A stretch of DNA of 64,000 nucleotides from Nemertoderma westbladi. Taxonomy: Eukaryota; Animalia; Xenacoelomorpha. Where the stretch lies: assembly GCA_032718475.1 (NCBI GenBank), contig JAUCBJ010008117.1:62001-126000 (forward strand), read 5' to 3'. This document shows positions 1 to 12,750 of this stretch, one piece after another (positions within the stretch are counted from its first letter, which is position 1; each line of letters begins with the position of its first letter). Below the pieces are notes generated by a model. It ran no database searches. It was not told where the DNA came from and saw only the letters and a list, made by a program, of their open reading frames with translations. Both the position numbers and the translations under genes were made by a program.

Positions 1-539
1 GTCAGTCAGTCCCAGCCCAAGCTGCCAAGCTATTCCAGTATGCCAGTACATAGGCAAACAGGCCTATTACAGTATCAACTAACCCGCGATTACCCCTACA
101 GCCCTACTACTGTACTATATATTATTATGTGTTATTATGTTACCCGGTGCCCGGAAGACCGGTGGGCTTCCCTACATATTTTATTGTACAGTCTGACAGT
201 ACTACTGTAGGCTACTACAGTACAGCAGTACTTGGCCATGACAGTACCATGGCCTAGTCAGTAGGCCTACACAACAAATTAAGAATCGAGCTCTTACAGT
301 CTTACCAAGGACTACTGAAGCACTACTACTACCACTACTACTGCTGAAGTACTACTGCTTCAGTAGTCCTTGGCTGTTACCAACCTACCGCAGTACATGA
401 TTCCGACATGATTCCTGATACTACGGTGGCCCAGAACGGCCAAGCAACTTTTTAAATGTAAAGTGTTATTTTTAGTGTGAAAATGATCTTTTCAGTGTGA
501 AAATGATCTTTTCAGTGTGAAAATGATCTTTTCATTGTG

Positions 540-1145
540 AAAGTGTAAATCTGAAAGAGCGAAAGTGTAAATTTGAAAGTGCGAAAGTGTAAATTTTAAA
601 GTGCGAAAGTGTAAATTTGAAAGTGCGAAAGTGTAAATTTGAAAGTGCGAAAGTGTAAATTTGAAAGTGCGAAAGTGTAAATTTGAAAGTGCGAAAGTGT
701 AAATTTGAAAGTGTAAATTTGAAAGTGCGAAAGTGTAAATTTGAAAGTGCGAAAGTGTAAATTTGAAAGTGCGAAAGTGTAAATTTGAAAGTGCGAAAGT
801 GTAAATTTGAAAGTGCGAAAGTGTAAATTTGAAAGTGCGAAAGTGTAAATTAGAAAGTGCGAAAGTGTAAATTTGAAAGTGAGAAAGTGTAAATTTGAAA
901 GTGAGAAAGTGTAAATTTGAAAGTGAGAAAGTGTAAATTTGAAAGTGCGAAAGTGTAAATTTGAAAGTGCGAAAGTGTAAATTTGAAAGTGCGAAAGTGT
1001 AAATTTGAAAGTGCGAAAGTGTCAATTTGAAAGTGAGAAAGTGTAAATTTGAAAGTGAGAAAGTGTAAATTTGAAAGTGAGAAAGTGTAAATTTGAAAGT
1101 GCGAAAGTGTAAATTTGTAAGTGAGAAAGTGTAAATTTGAGAGTT
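540..1145 (+). repeat. 22-bp tandem array (AAAGTGTAAATTTGAAAGTGCG), left arm
   Basis: Directly visible tandem units, preceded by three 20-bp GTGTGAAAATGATCTTTTCA units. Confidence 0.95.
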
Positions 1146-1456
1146 AGAAAGTACATACATAACAGTACAGTCTGACAGTACCGTTTAGCTAAAGAACGTT
1201 TCTGCTGCCACAGCTCTGACAGACTGACTGCACCACACAGTGCGCCCAGGGCGCAGGGCCAAAGGCCAGCAGACTACATGATGATATGACAAAGCAATTA
1301 CTGATACCTGTATACATACCAGCGCCAGTGGGGGATAGCTGGAGCAGCTTAGTCCAGTACTGCAGCAGTCGATTTACCGAACAGCACAACAGTCAGACAG
1401 GGCATGGTCGATTACTAGTCCAGCAGTCTAAATTTAAAAATCCCACCATGTTTCTA

Positions 1457-1995
1457 GCTTTCAAATTTACACTTTCAAATTTGCACTTTCGCACTTTCAA
1501 ATTTACACTTTCTCACTTTCAAATTTACACTTTCGCACTTTCAAATTTACACTTTCAAATTTACACTTTCGCACTTTCAAATTTACACTTTCTCACTTTC
1601 AAATTTACACTTTCGCACTTTCAAATTTACACTTTCGCACTTTCAAATTTACACTTTCGCACTTTCAAATTTACACTTTCCCACTTTCAAATTTACACTT
1701 TCAAATTTACACTTTCACACTTTCAAATTTACACTTTCGCACTTTCAAATTTACACTTTCGCACTTTCAAATTTACACTTTCGCACTTTCAAATTTACAC
1801 TTTCTCACTTTCAAATTTACACTTTCGCACTTTCAAATTTACACTTTCGCACTTTCAAATTTACACTTTCGCACTTTCAAATTTACACTTTCCCACTTTC
1901 AAATTTACACTTTCAAATTTACACTTTCACACTTTCAAATTTACACTTTCGCACTTTCAAATTTACACTTTCGCACTTTAAAATTTACACTTTCA
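1457..1995 (-). repeat. 22-bp tandem array, right arm (reverse complement of left arm)
   Basis: CGCACTTTCAAATTTACACTTT units. Confidence 0.95.
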
Positions 1996-2512
1996 CAATG
2001 AAAAGATCATTTTCACACTGAAAAGAACACTTTAGCACTGAATAGTACACTTTCACATTTAAAAAGTTTCTTGGCCGTTCTAGGCCACCGTATGATACCA
2101 TCAGCTGATCTGATAGAAATGAATATTTAATTTCGCGACAATTTTATTTATAATTTCGGGGATTTACTTATAGAAAAGCAACGCGTGGCTAATTTTTTCT
2201 AAAAGTTGGTACCCGGTGTTATTTTCGTGCTCTTTCTATTTTCGACGGTGTTCCATTGTGTTCGCAGTTGTTTGAGTGTGTTTGGGGGGGGGGGGGGGGG
2301 GGGTCAAGTGGACTCTCCGCCTACCCTTCCAACAGGACTTAGAAAATATACGTGGTCAAATTGACCACGTTTTGTGTACTATATCAATAAATCATTCAAT
2401 TGTAAATAATTATATTTTAATTAATATTTTAATTATAAAATGCTAAATTTTATAACTAAAATTATTATTATTATTGAAAGTTAAATTATTATTATATTAT
2501 ATTATTAGGAAC

Positions 2513-4805
2513 TGTTCGCGCTTTGTTCGCGCTTTCAGACCTTTAGCAGTTTAACCTGCCAAATTTAGGTGTCTTCTAGGTTATAAATCGACTTTAGCCT
2601 ATGACGAGTATTTGATACACTACATTAGCCGAAGCCAGCCTATGTGCGACCATTCACCCGCTGGATATACCCGGGAGACTGGATTCGGAAGCTCTGACCT
2701 TATTGCGATGTAGGCCTACTGTATTATTCGATTGATCGCTAATATATAATCTCTGACAAATATTATTCACTTTCGGGAAATATTAACAGTTCCTTTAGGA
2801 CGTGGCGCTCTAAGTATGTAAACAGAGTTATGACTTACACTAAGCACAACAGGATGGCTATTGATTCACGTATAAAGCGCATTCTTTAGGAGATGCTTTG
2901 TTATCTATCACACTCATGCACACTACCGCACAATGCTGCATACCGATCTGCCGACCTTCACTAATTTTAGTCACATATAAAGAGAACAGCAACGGACACA
3001 TGTAGTACCTATGAAATAGCATTAGATTCACTCCAAAACCAATATAATGTAAGTCGCAATTGCTATATGTAACCGGTCTCTTACCTTCAGTATATCAAGA
3101 AGATTGGGGTTTTATGATTATTTATCGATATTATCCAAATATAACAATATTCCATCAAACTGATACAATTAATAACCGACAGTAAATAGCAGTAAAATAA
3201 TGCGGTGAAAGGTATGTATGGTATGATATGGGCTGTATGCTAGTTTGTGGTTTGATAACAGTTATATGTTTCTATGATCAAAGCCGATCTAATGTTTGGC
3301 TAAAGTCTGAAACACAGAATAATTCCACAGCCGATGTTCTAGGCTTAGGAAAAAAGGTAAACATAAACCATAATGCCATGCGCGATTTCCCGGAGGTTTC
3401 TGTACAAATAAAATGAGAATCGCTCTGATTGGTTGACTGAACAAAGAAACTAAGGAAAAGTTACACGTGTACATATCAGCTGACAGATGTCGTCATCTTG
3501 AACTACACTGTATCAAGAGTATTTGGCGTATTGCGACATAAAATTGCTAGTTATGTCCGCTAAAGTACACATACAGAAAAATGGCTTTTTATGTCCACTA
3601 AAACACCTACACAATGAGGAAACGGCTTTTTATGTCCGCTAAAACACCTACAGAGTACTTTGCGGGAAAAATGACTAGCTAATTCTGCAAAAGCCTTTAC
3701 ACGCTTTTAGACCTTTAGCAGTTTAACCTGCCAATTTTAGTTCTCCTCTTGTTTATAAATCGACTTTAGCCTATATCAATTACCTAGTGTACTGAAGTTA
3801 CATCAGCCGAAGCCAGTCCGTGCGCGGCGTATGACCCACGGTGTGGGAGACTGGATTCGGATTCCTTGAGAGTTATTGCAGTGTAGACCTACTGTATTAT
3901 TCGATTGATCGTTACTATATAATCTCTGACAACTATATTTACTTTCGGGGAAATATTAACAGTTCCTTTAGGACGTGGCGCTTTAAGTATAAAAACAGAG
4001 TTATGACTTATACTAATCACAACTAGATGGCCAGAGTTTCGTAAATAGCGCATTCTTTAGGAGATGCTTTATTAACCTTCACACTACTTCACACGACTTC
4101 ACACTACTTCGCACTAATATGCCGACCGTCACTTAATTTGATCATATATAAGGAGGATCGCAACTGACACACGTAGGGATTATGAAATAGCATTTAATTC
4201 ACACAAACCACTATAATTTAAGTCGCAGTTGCTACCGGTAAACCTGTTCCTCTTACCTCAGTAATCAAGAAGATTGAGGGGTTTATGATTATTTATCGGT
4301 ATTCTCCAAATATAACAGCAATATCCATTAATATAACAACAATTAATAAATGACTGTAAACAGAAGTAAAATAATGCGGTGAACAGTCAGTATGTGTTAC
4401 TTATGCAGTTATGAAATGTTATGAGAGTTGAAATGTGATCAAATGTTAATAGATTTACATTCTTATACTCAAGGCCATCTGATGTTCCTAGGCCAAAGTC
4501 TGAAACTTCCACACAGAAGCACAGAAAATTCCGAGCTGGCTCTGATGCTCAGAAAATAGTAAACAAAGACTGTAATGCATTGCGCGAGTTTCCATAGGTT
4601 TCTGTTAGACATAAAGTGAAAATTGCTCTGATTGGCTGAATAATGCAGAACAAAGAACCTCCACATCCACAAAGAATCAGTTGACAGATTTCGTCATCTT
4701 GGTTCTAATTCCTTCCCGTTGCGTAGTTGGATAAATTTAGGGCTATTTTAGAGTATTCTGCGCATTGCGTAAAAATGACTTGTTATGTCCGGAAAAGCTT
4801 TTACA
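2513..4805 (-). repeat. 3' LTR of BEL/Pao element, interrupted at 2524-3701
   Basis: Matches 14558-15542 plus 22731-22841. TG...CA termini. Preceded on the minus strand by the purine-rich GGGAGCGG (4806-4813, PPT-like). Confidence 0.85.
2524..3701 (-). mobile_element. Solo LTR of a related BEL/Pao subfamily
   Basis: TGTTCGCGCTTTCAG...AAAAGCCTTTACA, a diverged homologue of the host LTR. 5-bp TSD CGCTT at 2519-2523 and 3702-3706. Confidence 0.85.
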
Positions 4806-5684
4806 CCGCTCCCAGAAAATGGGATTTAAGTCTATAAAATATAAAAAATCACAGTTTCTAAAATACAAAAATACTCTAAACTATTAGTCCTTCTTTCGTG
4901 AACGGCGTTTACGAAGTTTTTTGAGGCTAGTAAGAGTCCTTTTCTCTTTGGGGCGAGCCACTTTACTAGGAGGGCTATAACTCCTGGGTGAGGGGTGCAA
5001 TACAATTGCATCGGAAGGTTTCGGATTACAGTCGGTGTATCCGCCGGTCGAGGTACCCGGTTGATCGATATCAACCTTAGTGGAACGAGGTCGAACAACC
5101 TTTAGAGCGCGTTTCAGGACAGCAGCTCTTACTGGTCCCTGAGAGCGGTAGGTTGACCGTGAGTAGTGAGAAATTTCCTTGGTTTGATGGTTCTTTCCAA
5201 CTCGCGTTCTCTTGCTCTATATTCATATGGTCGTCTATGAACTTCTTTTAGCTCTGGATGCGAGTTTATGAACAAGTCACCGCGGGATTTATCAATGGTA
5301 GAGACTTTAAACTTTGCGTAGGATCTTCCGGTTTCACCATATAATATTGGGTTAAATTGACATAATAGGGGTGATCTTTGATCCCATAAAATGAGTTCGG
5401 TAAAGGTCTAGCACGTAGGTTGACCTCGTGTATCATACGACGGACAAGATCCGCTCGATTGTCCGGAGGTTCAACGAGTATACCGTCGACACGAGCAGCC
5501 TCGATTGGCAGACGTTGTAACATAGGAGCGTCAGCGATAAGATCTATAGATCTTAAGTTGATATCAACCGGTTAGGGTTGTACCGTGGCAAAGAGTTAGT
5601 CTCCGAAATGGGGAACCATCGAAGGATGAATGATGGTTTTGGAATAGAGATCAGTCATAAGGATTACTTATGACTGATCTAGGA

Positions 5685-7067
5685 TTAAGATAAGATTAAG
5701 ATGAGGATAAGGATTTGAGCTTCTGGTTGGGCTAAAGCTGCTTCTTCTCTCTCATCCATTTCGATGTGCTTCTCCTCGAGCTGATTTTCCTCCGCTTGTC
5801 GTTGGAAGCGTTCGTCCAAAAACTCTTGTAGAGAGTAAGTTTGTCCAAGTTCGATATCTTCTTCGAGATTCTGGATTTCCCGATCGAACTGGGGTAAAGC
5901 TAATTCTTTTACCGCTTGAACTTGTTGCTGCAATTTACGTTTATCTAAGCAATCGTAGGTTCCTTTTCCGATCTTTTGTCGAATAGCGTCTAACGCGTTT
6001 CGTACAACGCTCTCCTCCACTTCGGTGACAGGTTGTATCGGGGTTAAACCGGGACGATTATACGGGTTGAACAGCGATATTAGATGTCCGCGTCCCAATC
6101 CGGCTAGGTAGGATGGGCGAATATCTAGAGAGCCCACAACCGGAGTGCCACCGACTAATTGTTCGGGTAACACTTGATCTTTGAACAATGAATACAGTTC
6201 AGGAGGATCCGTCATACTACTAGGATCAAGAGTCTGAGGTCTCACCAGGGAATGAGGAGGTCTGACCAAGTAATCCAGAACTCTGATCATAGGTTTATTT
6301 AAGGATTGTTTGAGTCGAGCGAGCATGGGTGATACGTCGAACAAGTTTCGCTCGAAACTCCCGTAAGTATAGCGAGTAAAACTGTGTTTAGCGCAACGTC
6401 TCTGCGGATGTTTATGTCTTTCCATTTGTTGGTTGGGTCTAGGGCATTCATCGCAATAATACCAAAGACGCACGTCTTGTAGGGGAAACGCTGGTGATCT
6501 TTCTCCAGTTTTACAATATTCCTCCATCTGTTCGAAGCTATCCGGTACAACAGGTAGCGGTCGATCGGCGGTAAGATACATCATAGTGAAATAGAGTCGC
6601 TTGAGTTCTATCATAGGGTTATGATGTATACCTTGAGGATATCGAGTCTCTAGATTTTGTTGACTGGCTACATTGAGATATGTTTCTCTTAAGAATTCCA
6701 AATATTCGTTGAAGTCACTGCGTTTATCCGGCTCTTCAACGTCTTGACTTTTGAGTCGGTTTCGAATAGAATTTTCATGTTCGATTCTCAGTTTATCATT
6801 CCAACTCCGCTGGGTATGATATTTAAACAGAATCATTTCCCTTTCGGTGTCTACATCATCCATGTCGTGTAAATCGATAGGATGACCAGTAGTTAAGAAG
6901 TCCATATACGTACCATTACAATGCGTATAGCGAGCGGTGAATTTTCTATAGTCCAATTCATGCGTGAGCTGTTCCTTTGACATTGGCGGTTCGATATAAC
7001 GGCCATCGTCCTCCGTAGTAGGTTGACTAGCGTCGCCGCTTATTAAACTATCAACAAACGCTTGCAA
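5685..7067 (-). CDS. Orphan accessory ORF (460 aa) between pol and 3' LTR, probably part of a longer frameshifted ORF (about 4880-7121)
   Basis: Long open frame in the element's sense orientation. C/H cluster CDECPRPNQQMERHKHPQRRCAKH and an E/Q-rich coiled-coil-like C-terminus. Downstream coding-like fragments (5266-5523 and beyond) and an upstream ATG in a shifted frame. Confidence 0.6.
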   Translation of the reverse strand: MQAFVDSLISGDASQPTTEDDGRYIEPPMSKEQLTHELDYRKFTARYTHCNGTYMDFLTTGHPIDLHDMDDVDTEREMILFKYHTQRSWNDKLRIEHENSIRNRLKSQDVEEPDKRSDFNEYLEFLRETYLNVASQQNLETRYPQGIHHNPMIELKRLYFTMMYLTADRPLPVVPDSFEQMEEYCKTGERSPAFPLQDVRLWYYCDECPRPNQQMERHKHPQRRCAKHSFTRYTYGSFERNLFDVSPMLARLKQSLNKPMIRVLDYLVRPPHSLVRPQTLDPSSMTDPPELYSLFKDQVLPEQLVGGTPVVGSLDIRPSYLAGLGRGHLISLFNPYNRPGLTPIQPVTEVEESVVRNALDAIRQKIGKGTYDCLDKRKLQQQVQAVKELALPQFDREIQNLEEDIELGQTYSLQEFLDERFQRQAEENQLEEKHIEMDEREEAALAQPEAQILILILILS

Positions 7068-7943
7068 TGGTAGGGTATATCACTCCCTGATACCAAGATC
7101 ATCTTCTATTAACTCAGTCATAGCTGCTATATGAGTTTATCGATATTATAACTAATAATATTTAGGCTAGTGGTCGTCGCTGCCTACCCCTCAGTGCCCC
7201 CGGACAGCGCAAGATCCTCAGCGCTGATGTACTGTCGTCGCTGTGCCTCTCGCCAACGTAGTAGCTACACAATGACAACAATAACCAGCGTGAGTCACTC
7301 CACTGTCCGTCCCAAGGGCTTAGATTTACTGGAGGTTCTTGCTACAGAGGCAGGGTATCTTTCACAACTGCGACTCGCTACTGTAAACACACTTTAGTAG
7401 TAACATTCACCTATAAATACACAAATTCCACACTCCTGTCACAAATTGTACACATTCGGGCCATTTGTCCGTTAGTCAAGTGCCTTCCAGAATGCCACGT
7501 TATTATTATGTATCCCTGGATACTAGCAGGGTGCTATTTATTCCGTATGCTATTCAATGGGGCAAGCTTTCTATTGTTCTTTTAACTCGCTTCTAATTCT
7601 AGCGTGGTTGATGTTATGGTGACATTATGGAAAGCTAGCAGTAGAATTAGGGTAATTCTCATGCATACAGATCTGGGATGCTATTTAATAGTGATTCTTT
7701 AATTGTCAATATTCCCCTTATACATGATTTTATGAATTTTATCGGCTATTGACTGTACACTGGAGATTCTCGCACACTAATATACTTAATAGGGTGAATC
7801 TCCACTCCCATGATCTATTAATTAATGGAATTTTGGGAATGTTATAAATTGTATAAAATGACAATTTATCAAATTCATGAGAGGATATGAATTTAAAATT
7901 TATTCCCGTGAATTTTATTATTTGACATTAAATAGACACAATT

Positions 7944-8340
7944 TTATTCCAGAAAATGTCTGGGGACTAGGATCCTTAATTCTAGGAATTTTGTCCTTTT
8001 AAGAGTATCGGTAAGTGCTACGATATCTTAATCGACTAGAATTTTAAAGGATCTAAATTTTAACAGATTTTGATTTACAAACTCTCTAGAGTTAATTTGT
8101 CAGCATTTACTCTATTATAACATTTGTTTTAACAGATTTTATAAATATTTATTAAATATTTAATATTTAAGATGGGCACCGATTTATTCCAGAACGTGTC
8201 TGGGGACGTTAACCACTGATTCTAGAATTTTGTCTTTCAAGTATATCGGTGGGTGCCACGATATCTTAATCGACTAGAATTTCAGATGGTCAAAGGGTTT
8301 AACAGATTTATTTTGCGTTTTAACGCTACTGTTAAATTGA
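7944..8340. repeat. Diverged direct duplication, period about 240 bp, in the pol-accessory ORF spacer
   Basis: TTATTCCAGAA..TGTCTGGGGAC...ACGATATCTTAATCGACTAGAATTT at about 7944 and about 8184. Confidence 0.75.
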
Positions 8341-8799
8341 CATCATTCTACTATATGTATTATTTAATATACGGTATGAGAGCAATATTTCAAGAAGCAA
8401 TGTCAGTGAGAAGAGGCAAGCCGTTTCCAAGGTCTACCCAGAGCTTGGTTTAGCCGAGACACGAGGATCTGAACTTTGCATTCCTAATGGGTATTAATGG
8501 GCGGTATTGTACTTTAATAAGTACGGACATTTCATCTTACTGTAGTCACGTATTTATAGTATGATACGGACAGTAAGGAAAGAGAAAATGAATTATTTCT
8601 CGCCGTTAAACGAAATATATTATGCTAAGTAATTAAGTAATAAACACGAATATATATTGCACTAATCTACTGAATAATCGTTTAAATATTATTCTACTAA
8701 ATAAAATTAAAGAAAACGATTATAATAATAAAATTACGTAATAATACATACATAAATATAAAAATAATAAAAATATATAAAATAATGTAGTCACACACC

Positions 8800-11700
8800 C
8801 ACTCCAGACGCTGTTACGTTTCTTAAAGTTACGTCGTATGACGACGAGTTCTACCGATCGCACTAAACCATCATCGGATATATGAGTCTCGATGATACGA
8901 CCTGTCTGCCACCGCTTACGTGGAAGATCTGATTCCACAATAAGGACCATGTCTCCGGCGCTGACGTTTTCTTGCTGCGCAAACTCAGTATCTGCTTCTT
9001 GGTATCCTCATGCTCTTGGTAACTGATCTTTTCCGTCAGAAACCTATCCGACACTTTATAAGCGGGGAGGTCTTTAATAGCATGGACCTTTTCGGATATC
9101 ATTGGAGTGGTATCACTAGCGATCTTCGTCCTGGAATAGTGATGATGGAAACATCTTTTAAGATACACAACGGCCTTGCAAAGCCGATTCCAGGAGCTAT
9201 AATGATTTATTGCTCTCTGCAGGAGAGGGGAGAGTCCTTGTGAGACATCTGGTGTTCCAGATTTCCAGTCTCTTTCTCTGATTTCTATAACAGATTTGTT
9301 CGTGGTGGGGGAGTTTAGATCCACAGCGTCGTCCCTGGAGATGTATAGTACAGACAGATCTATCACGGGTTTAAATAACTTTGATTTACTCGTCCGGGTT
9401 TTAGGTTTGACTTTCTCCACTCCCTTGGCTTGTCTAATCTCCGCAGTGGTAAGATGAGGGGGCCATTCTTCCTCTTCTTTACTCAGGAAGTTGGGTCCAC
9501 CTAACCAGTCTGGAGTATCTATACGTTCTTGAGGAGTTGCTCCTCTGGAAGCTATGTTGGCTGGATTAATCGTCCCAGGGCAATGTCTCCATTGATCTAC
9601 ATTAGAGCGACTGAGTATAATGGCTACTCCGTTGGTAACGAAGACGCTGAACTGACAGACTTCATTTGTTATATACTCCAGAACGAGTAAAGCATCAGTC
9701 CAATATACAGTTTTCTCCAGTGGATAGTCGATCTGTTCTTTTACATTCCGGCCGATGGCTGTAGCGTATAGAGCCGCCTTTAACTCCGCTCGAGGAACTC
9801 GTAGTTTGTTGTTTATTAGGGCCTTAGAGGCGACCAAGGCAACTTTAATTCCATCCGGAGTTTCAACCCTCAGGTAGGCTACTATACCTATTCCCATATC
9901 ACTGGCGTCTCCAAACACATGGAGTTGATAGGAATACGTGGGGAGTACGTGACCAAAATATGAACAAGAAATCTTAAAGTTCTCGATGGATGGTAGAGAA
10001 TCTTCCCATTTCATCTACTTCTTTAGTAGTTCTCCCTTAAGTGGATCATCCCATGAGTGGTTTTCGAGCCACATTTGTTGCACTAAGCTCCGAGCAACTA
10101 ATATAACTGGGCTAATAAATCCCAATGGATCGAAATAAGTGCTCAGGATACTTAGACAAATCCGTTTAGTTCTAACTGGATTATCTCGTTGTTTTAACTG
10201 GAAAAACAAGATATCTCTCTCCGTGTCCCATTTTAATCCAAGCGTCTTGGTTTCCAGAAGATCGTCCTTGATGAGTTTCAGATCTTTAACACCTCGGTCT
10301 TCTACCGGGATCGATTCCAGAAACTCACGGGAGTTACTAGTGAATTTGGTTAGCCGAAATCCACCGCGTTGCAAGCACTCTACCGTTCCCTTGGCAACAT
10401 CAATGGCTTCTTCCACCGATGGGAGGGACTTTAAATTGTCGTCCATGTATATATCCTGTTTGATGTTGTCGATAACCACTTTAGAGAAGGCGTCTCGGTT
10501 GTCATCGGCAGTGGTACGCACTACCAAACAAGCGTCCGAGGGGCTCGAGATGATCCCGAAAGCCTGGATGGTCATCCAGTACTCCACCGGTTTTCGGTTG
10601 AGGTCTCCTTCAGGCCACCACAGAAATCGTAGGCTGTCTCGATCCCTATCCAGCGCCTTGACTTGTAAGAACATGCCTTCTATGTCCGAAGCGAATGCGA
10701 TAGAATATTGCCGCAGTCTTAGTAATATTCCCAACAAAGATTGGAGTACAGTTCTGAATTCAGGGATTGACCCATGTAAAGGGTGGAGCCATCAAACACT
10801 ACCCGGACTTTGTTGGGTTTACCGGGCTTGGGAACGTAATGATGTGTTAGATAATACGTTCTCTCTGTTATGGGTGTTTCTTCCGGAACTTGCTCCGCGT
10901 ATCCTTTATCAATAAATTTCTTCAACTGGGTTTTATACATTTCCCTGGCTTGAACGTTGGCCGTAAGACGCCGATGTAGTTGTGCGATTCTCTTTTCCAC
11001 TAAAGGTCAGTTATTTATAAAGCTGGGTTCTCGCCGTCGGAACGGAAGACCAAACTCATAGCGACCTTCGTCCTTCAGATAACGTGTAGTCGTTTCCTGA
11101 ATCTGCTTGGCTCTCTCTTCCTCGACAGACAAGGCTTTGTCGTAGGAATTAGGCTCTACGGCTTCTTGAGTAAAGAATCGTACGGCGTGTTCATCACAGA
11201 TTTTGTTATTGTATCGATCTATCACTTCATTTAATTCATCATTATAAATAAATTGTCTGCCATGTTGATTGATGAGATGGCATAGGTTGGCTTGGTTTAA
11301 CCAAGTTTGGTTCTCAGTGAGGATGTCTAGGAGATTTTCCTCATCATACAATTGATTAATGTCGTCGTTGTCTGAGGAGTATGGAGTTCCCTCAGTTGTG
11401 GTTTCTCCCTCACTGATTTCTTCTTCCCATTCACTTGCCTGATGTATTCTTTCATTAGGGAGTCTTTCCATTAGGGTTCTACAGGAAGGTCCAGTGAAGT
11501 ACCAACCTACTCTCGTTCTTCCCGCATACGTCTGCAATGGTTGCGGTCGAGCAGGCAATTTTTCTAATGTCTCAAGTGCTTCGTGCGCATTTTGGCCAAG
11601 TAAGATCTGCACCCCTGGGTAATCAGTGTTGAATCTAGGTATATTATGTTGCTGGGTAAAATGGTCTTCATCCCAGTTGTAAGGCTCCACTTGGCTAGTA

Positions 11701-12296
11701 GCAAAGTTCTTTATAGCCACCATTTTGACCGACCTTACACTATGTTCTCCTAGCTCATCCTGGGGAGTGGACAACACACCCACGTAGTAATCTGTAGCTA
11801 CTGTGGATTTCCAAACCTGCATAATTCCGGAAAGGTTTAACTTGGTTCGGAACTTGGGTTGTCCAGCAAAGATGTCTTTGGCTAGTTCTTTGTCAATGAA
11901 GGTGCCTGTGCTGCTGGAGTCAAGGAGGGCATTTACTATCAGGCTCTTCCCTAGCCCATGGACTCTCAGTTGCACCACAGGGAATTCCCGGATTCCGACA
12001 GATGAAGTTGGCGCTTTCCAAGATGGCTGTCGATCCGTAATAGTCAGCCGAGGATCTTCATTGTCTGTTTCAGTCTCATATGTAAGTGCTCGATACACAG
12101 CGGTGTTGATCATGTAACAGGATTCATTTTCGTCTGAGAATTCGTCCGTGTAGAATCCTTCCATCTCCGAACTGTGGTCAGTGTCGTTCACATCACTGAA
12201 TTGGACATGTAGTTCGGGTGTCTGAGTAACAGGTCCGTCTTTGATGTCCTCGTCTGAGGCAATTATAACACAACCGCTTATCCCACATGACATCAT
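8800..12296 (-). pseudogene. BEL/Pao pol pseudogene (protease, RT, Pao RNase H, integrase C-terminal remnant)
   Basis: Protease VNALLDSSSTGTFI; RT KVRVVFDGS, DIEGMFLQV, YMDD; RNase H LHVFGDASDMGIGIVAYLR and WRHCPGTINPANIASRG; C-terminal GDMVLIVESDLPRKRWQTGRI...DGLVRSV. Several frameshifts, an in-frame TAG at 10015-10017, and the integrase H2C2/DDE core deleted near 8970. Confidence 0.92.
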
Positions 12297-12750
12297 GTCT
12301 ATCCTTCAGGGATTTCTTCAAGAATTCATCACACCCACTCAAGCGATGTGGCCCGTCGCACAATACACATTTGGGTTCGATGTTACTTACTTTAACCTGT
12401 GTTGTGTTGTGCACACGTGTTCTTTCGTCGGGCTTTCTTCCATGAATTCTCTTAGGAGACGTAGGAGGAGTTGTTACCTGTTCTCTCCTGTCACTGGTTC
12501 GAGACTTAGATTTACTTACGTCTTTCCTCGTTTTATTGACATAATAAGATCTTTCGGTGTCCTTACCGCTGTTTTCCTCGTATGAGGTTTGGCTTTCGCC
12601 ATCGTCCGTATAACACACTGGTGTTACCTTTCTCCTAGAAATGGGTTTTTCACTCACCTTACTTTCCGGTGTCTTCTCTCTGGACTGCTCTGGGTCACAG
12701 ATTGTTCTTTCTAGGAGACTATCTGACAGTGTTTGCTTTGTGGCAGACAT
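12193..12750 (-). pseudogene. BEL/Pao gag remnant with zinc knuckles
   Basis: CVLCDGPHRLSGC and CYNCLRRGHQRRTC. Much shorter than a normal BEL gag, so probably internally deleted. Confidence 0.85.

Larger units (their letters stand above)
422..2092. mobile_element. Non-autonomous IS3EU-type DNA transposon with foldback (inverted tandem-repeat) arms
   Basis: Termini TACGGTGGCCCAGAACGGCCAAG... and ...CTTGGCCGTTCTAGGCCACCGTA are inverted repeats. 6-bp TSD TGATAC at 416-421 and 2093-2098. TAY..RTA ends with a 6-bp TSD are characteristic of the IS3EU superfamily. No transposase. Confidence 0.75.

Noticed and set aside
492-1981. ORFs of 222 and 231 aa
   Set aside because: They are translations of the 22-bp tandem arms, not proteins.
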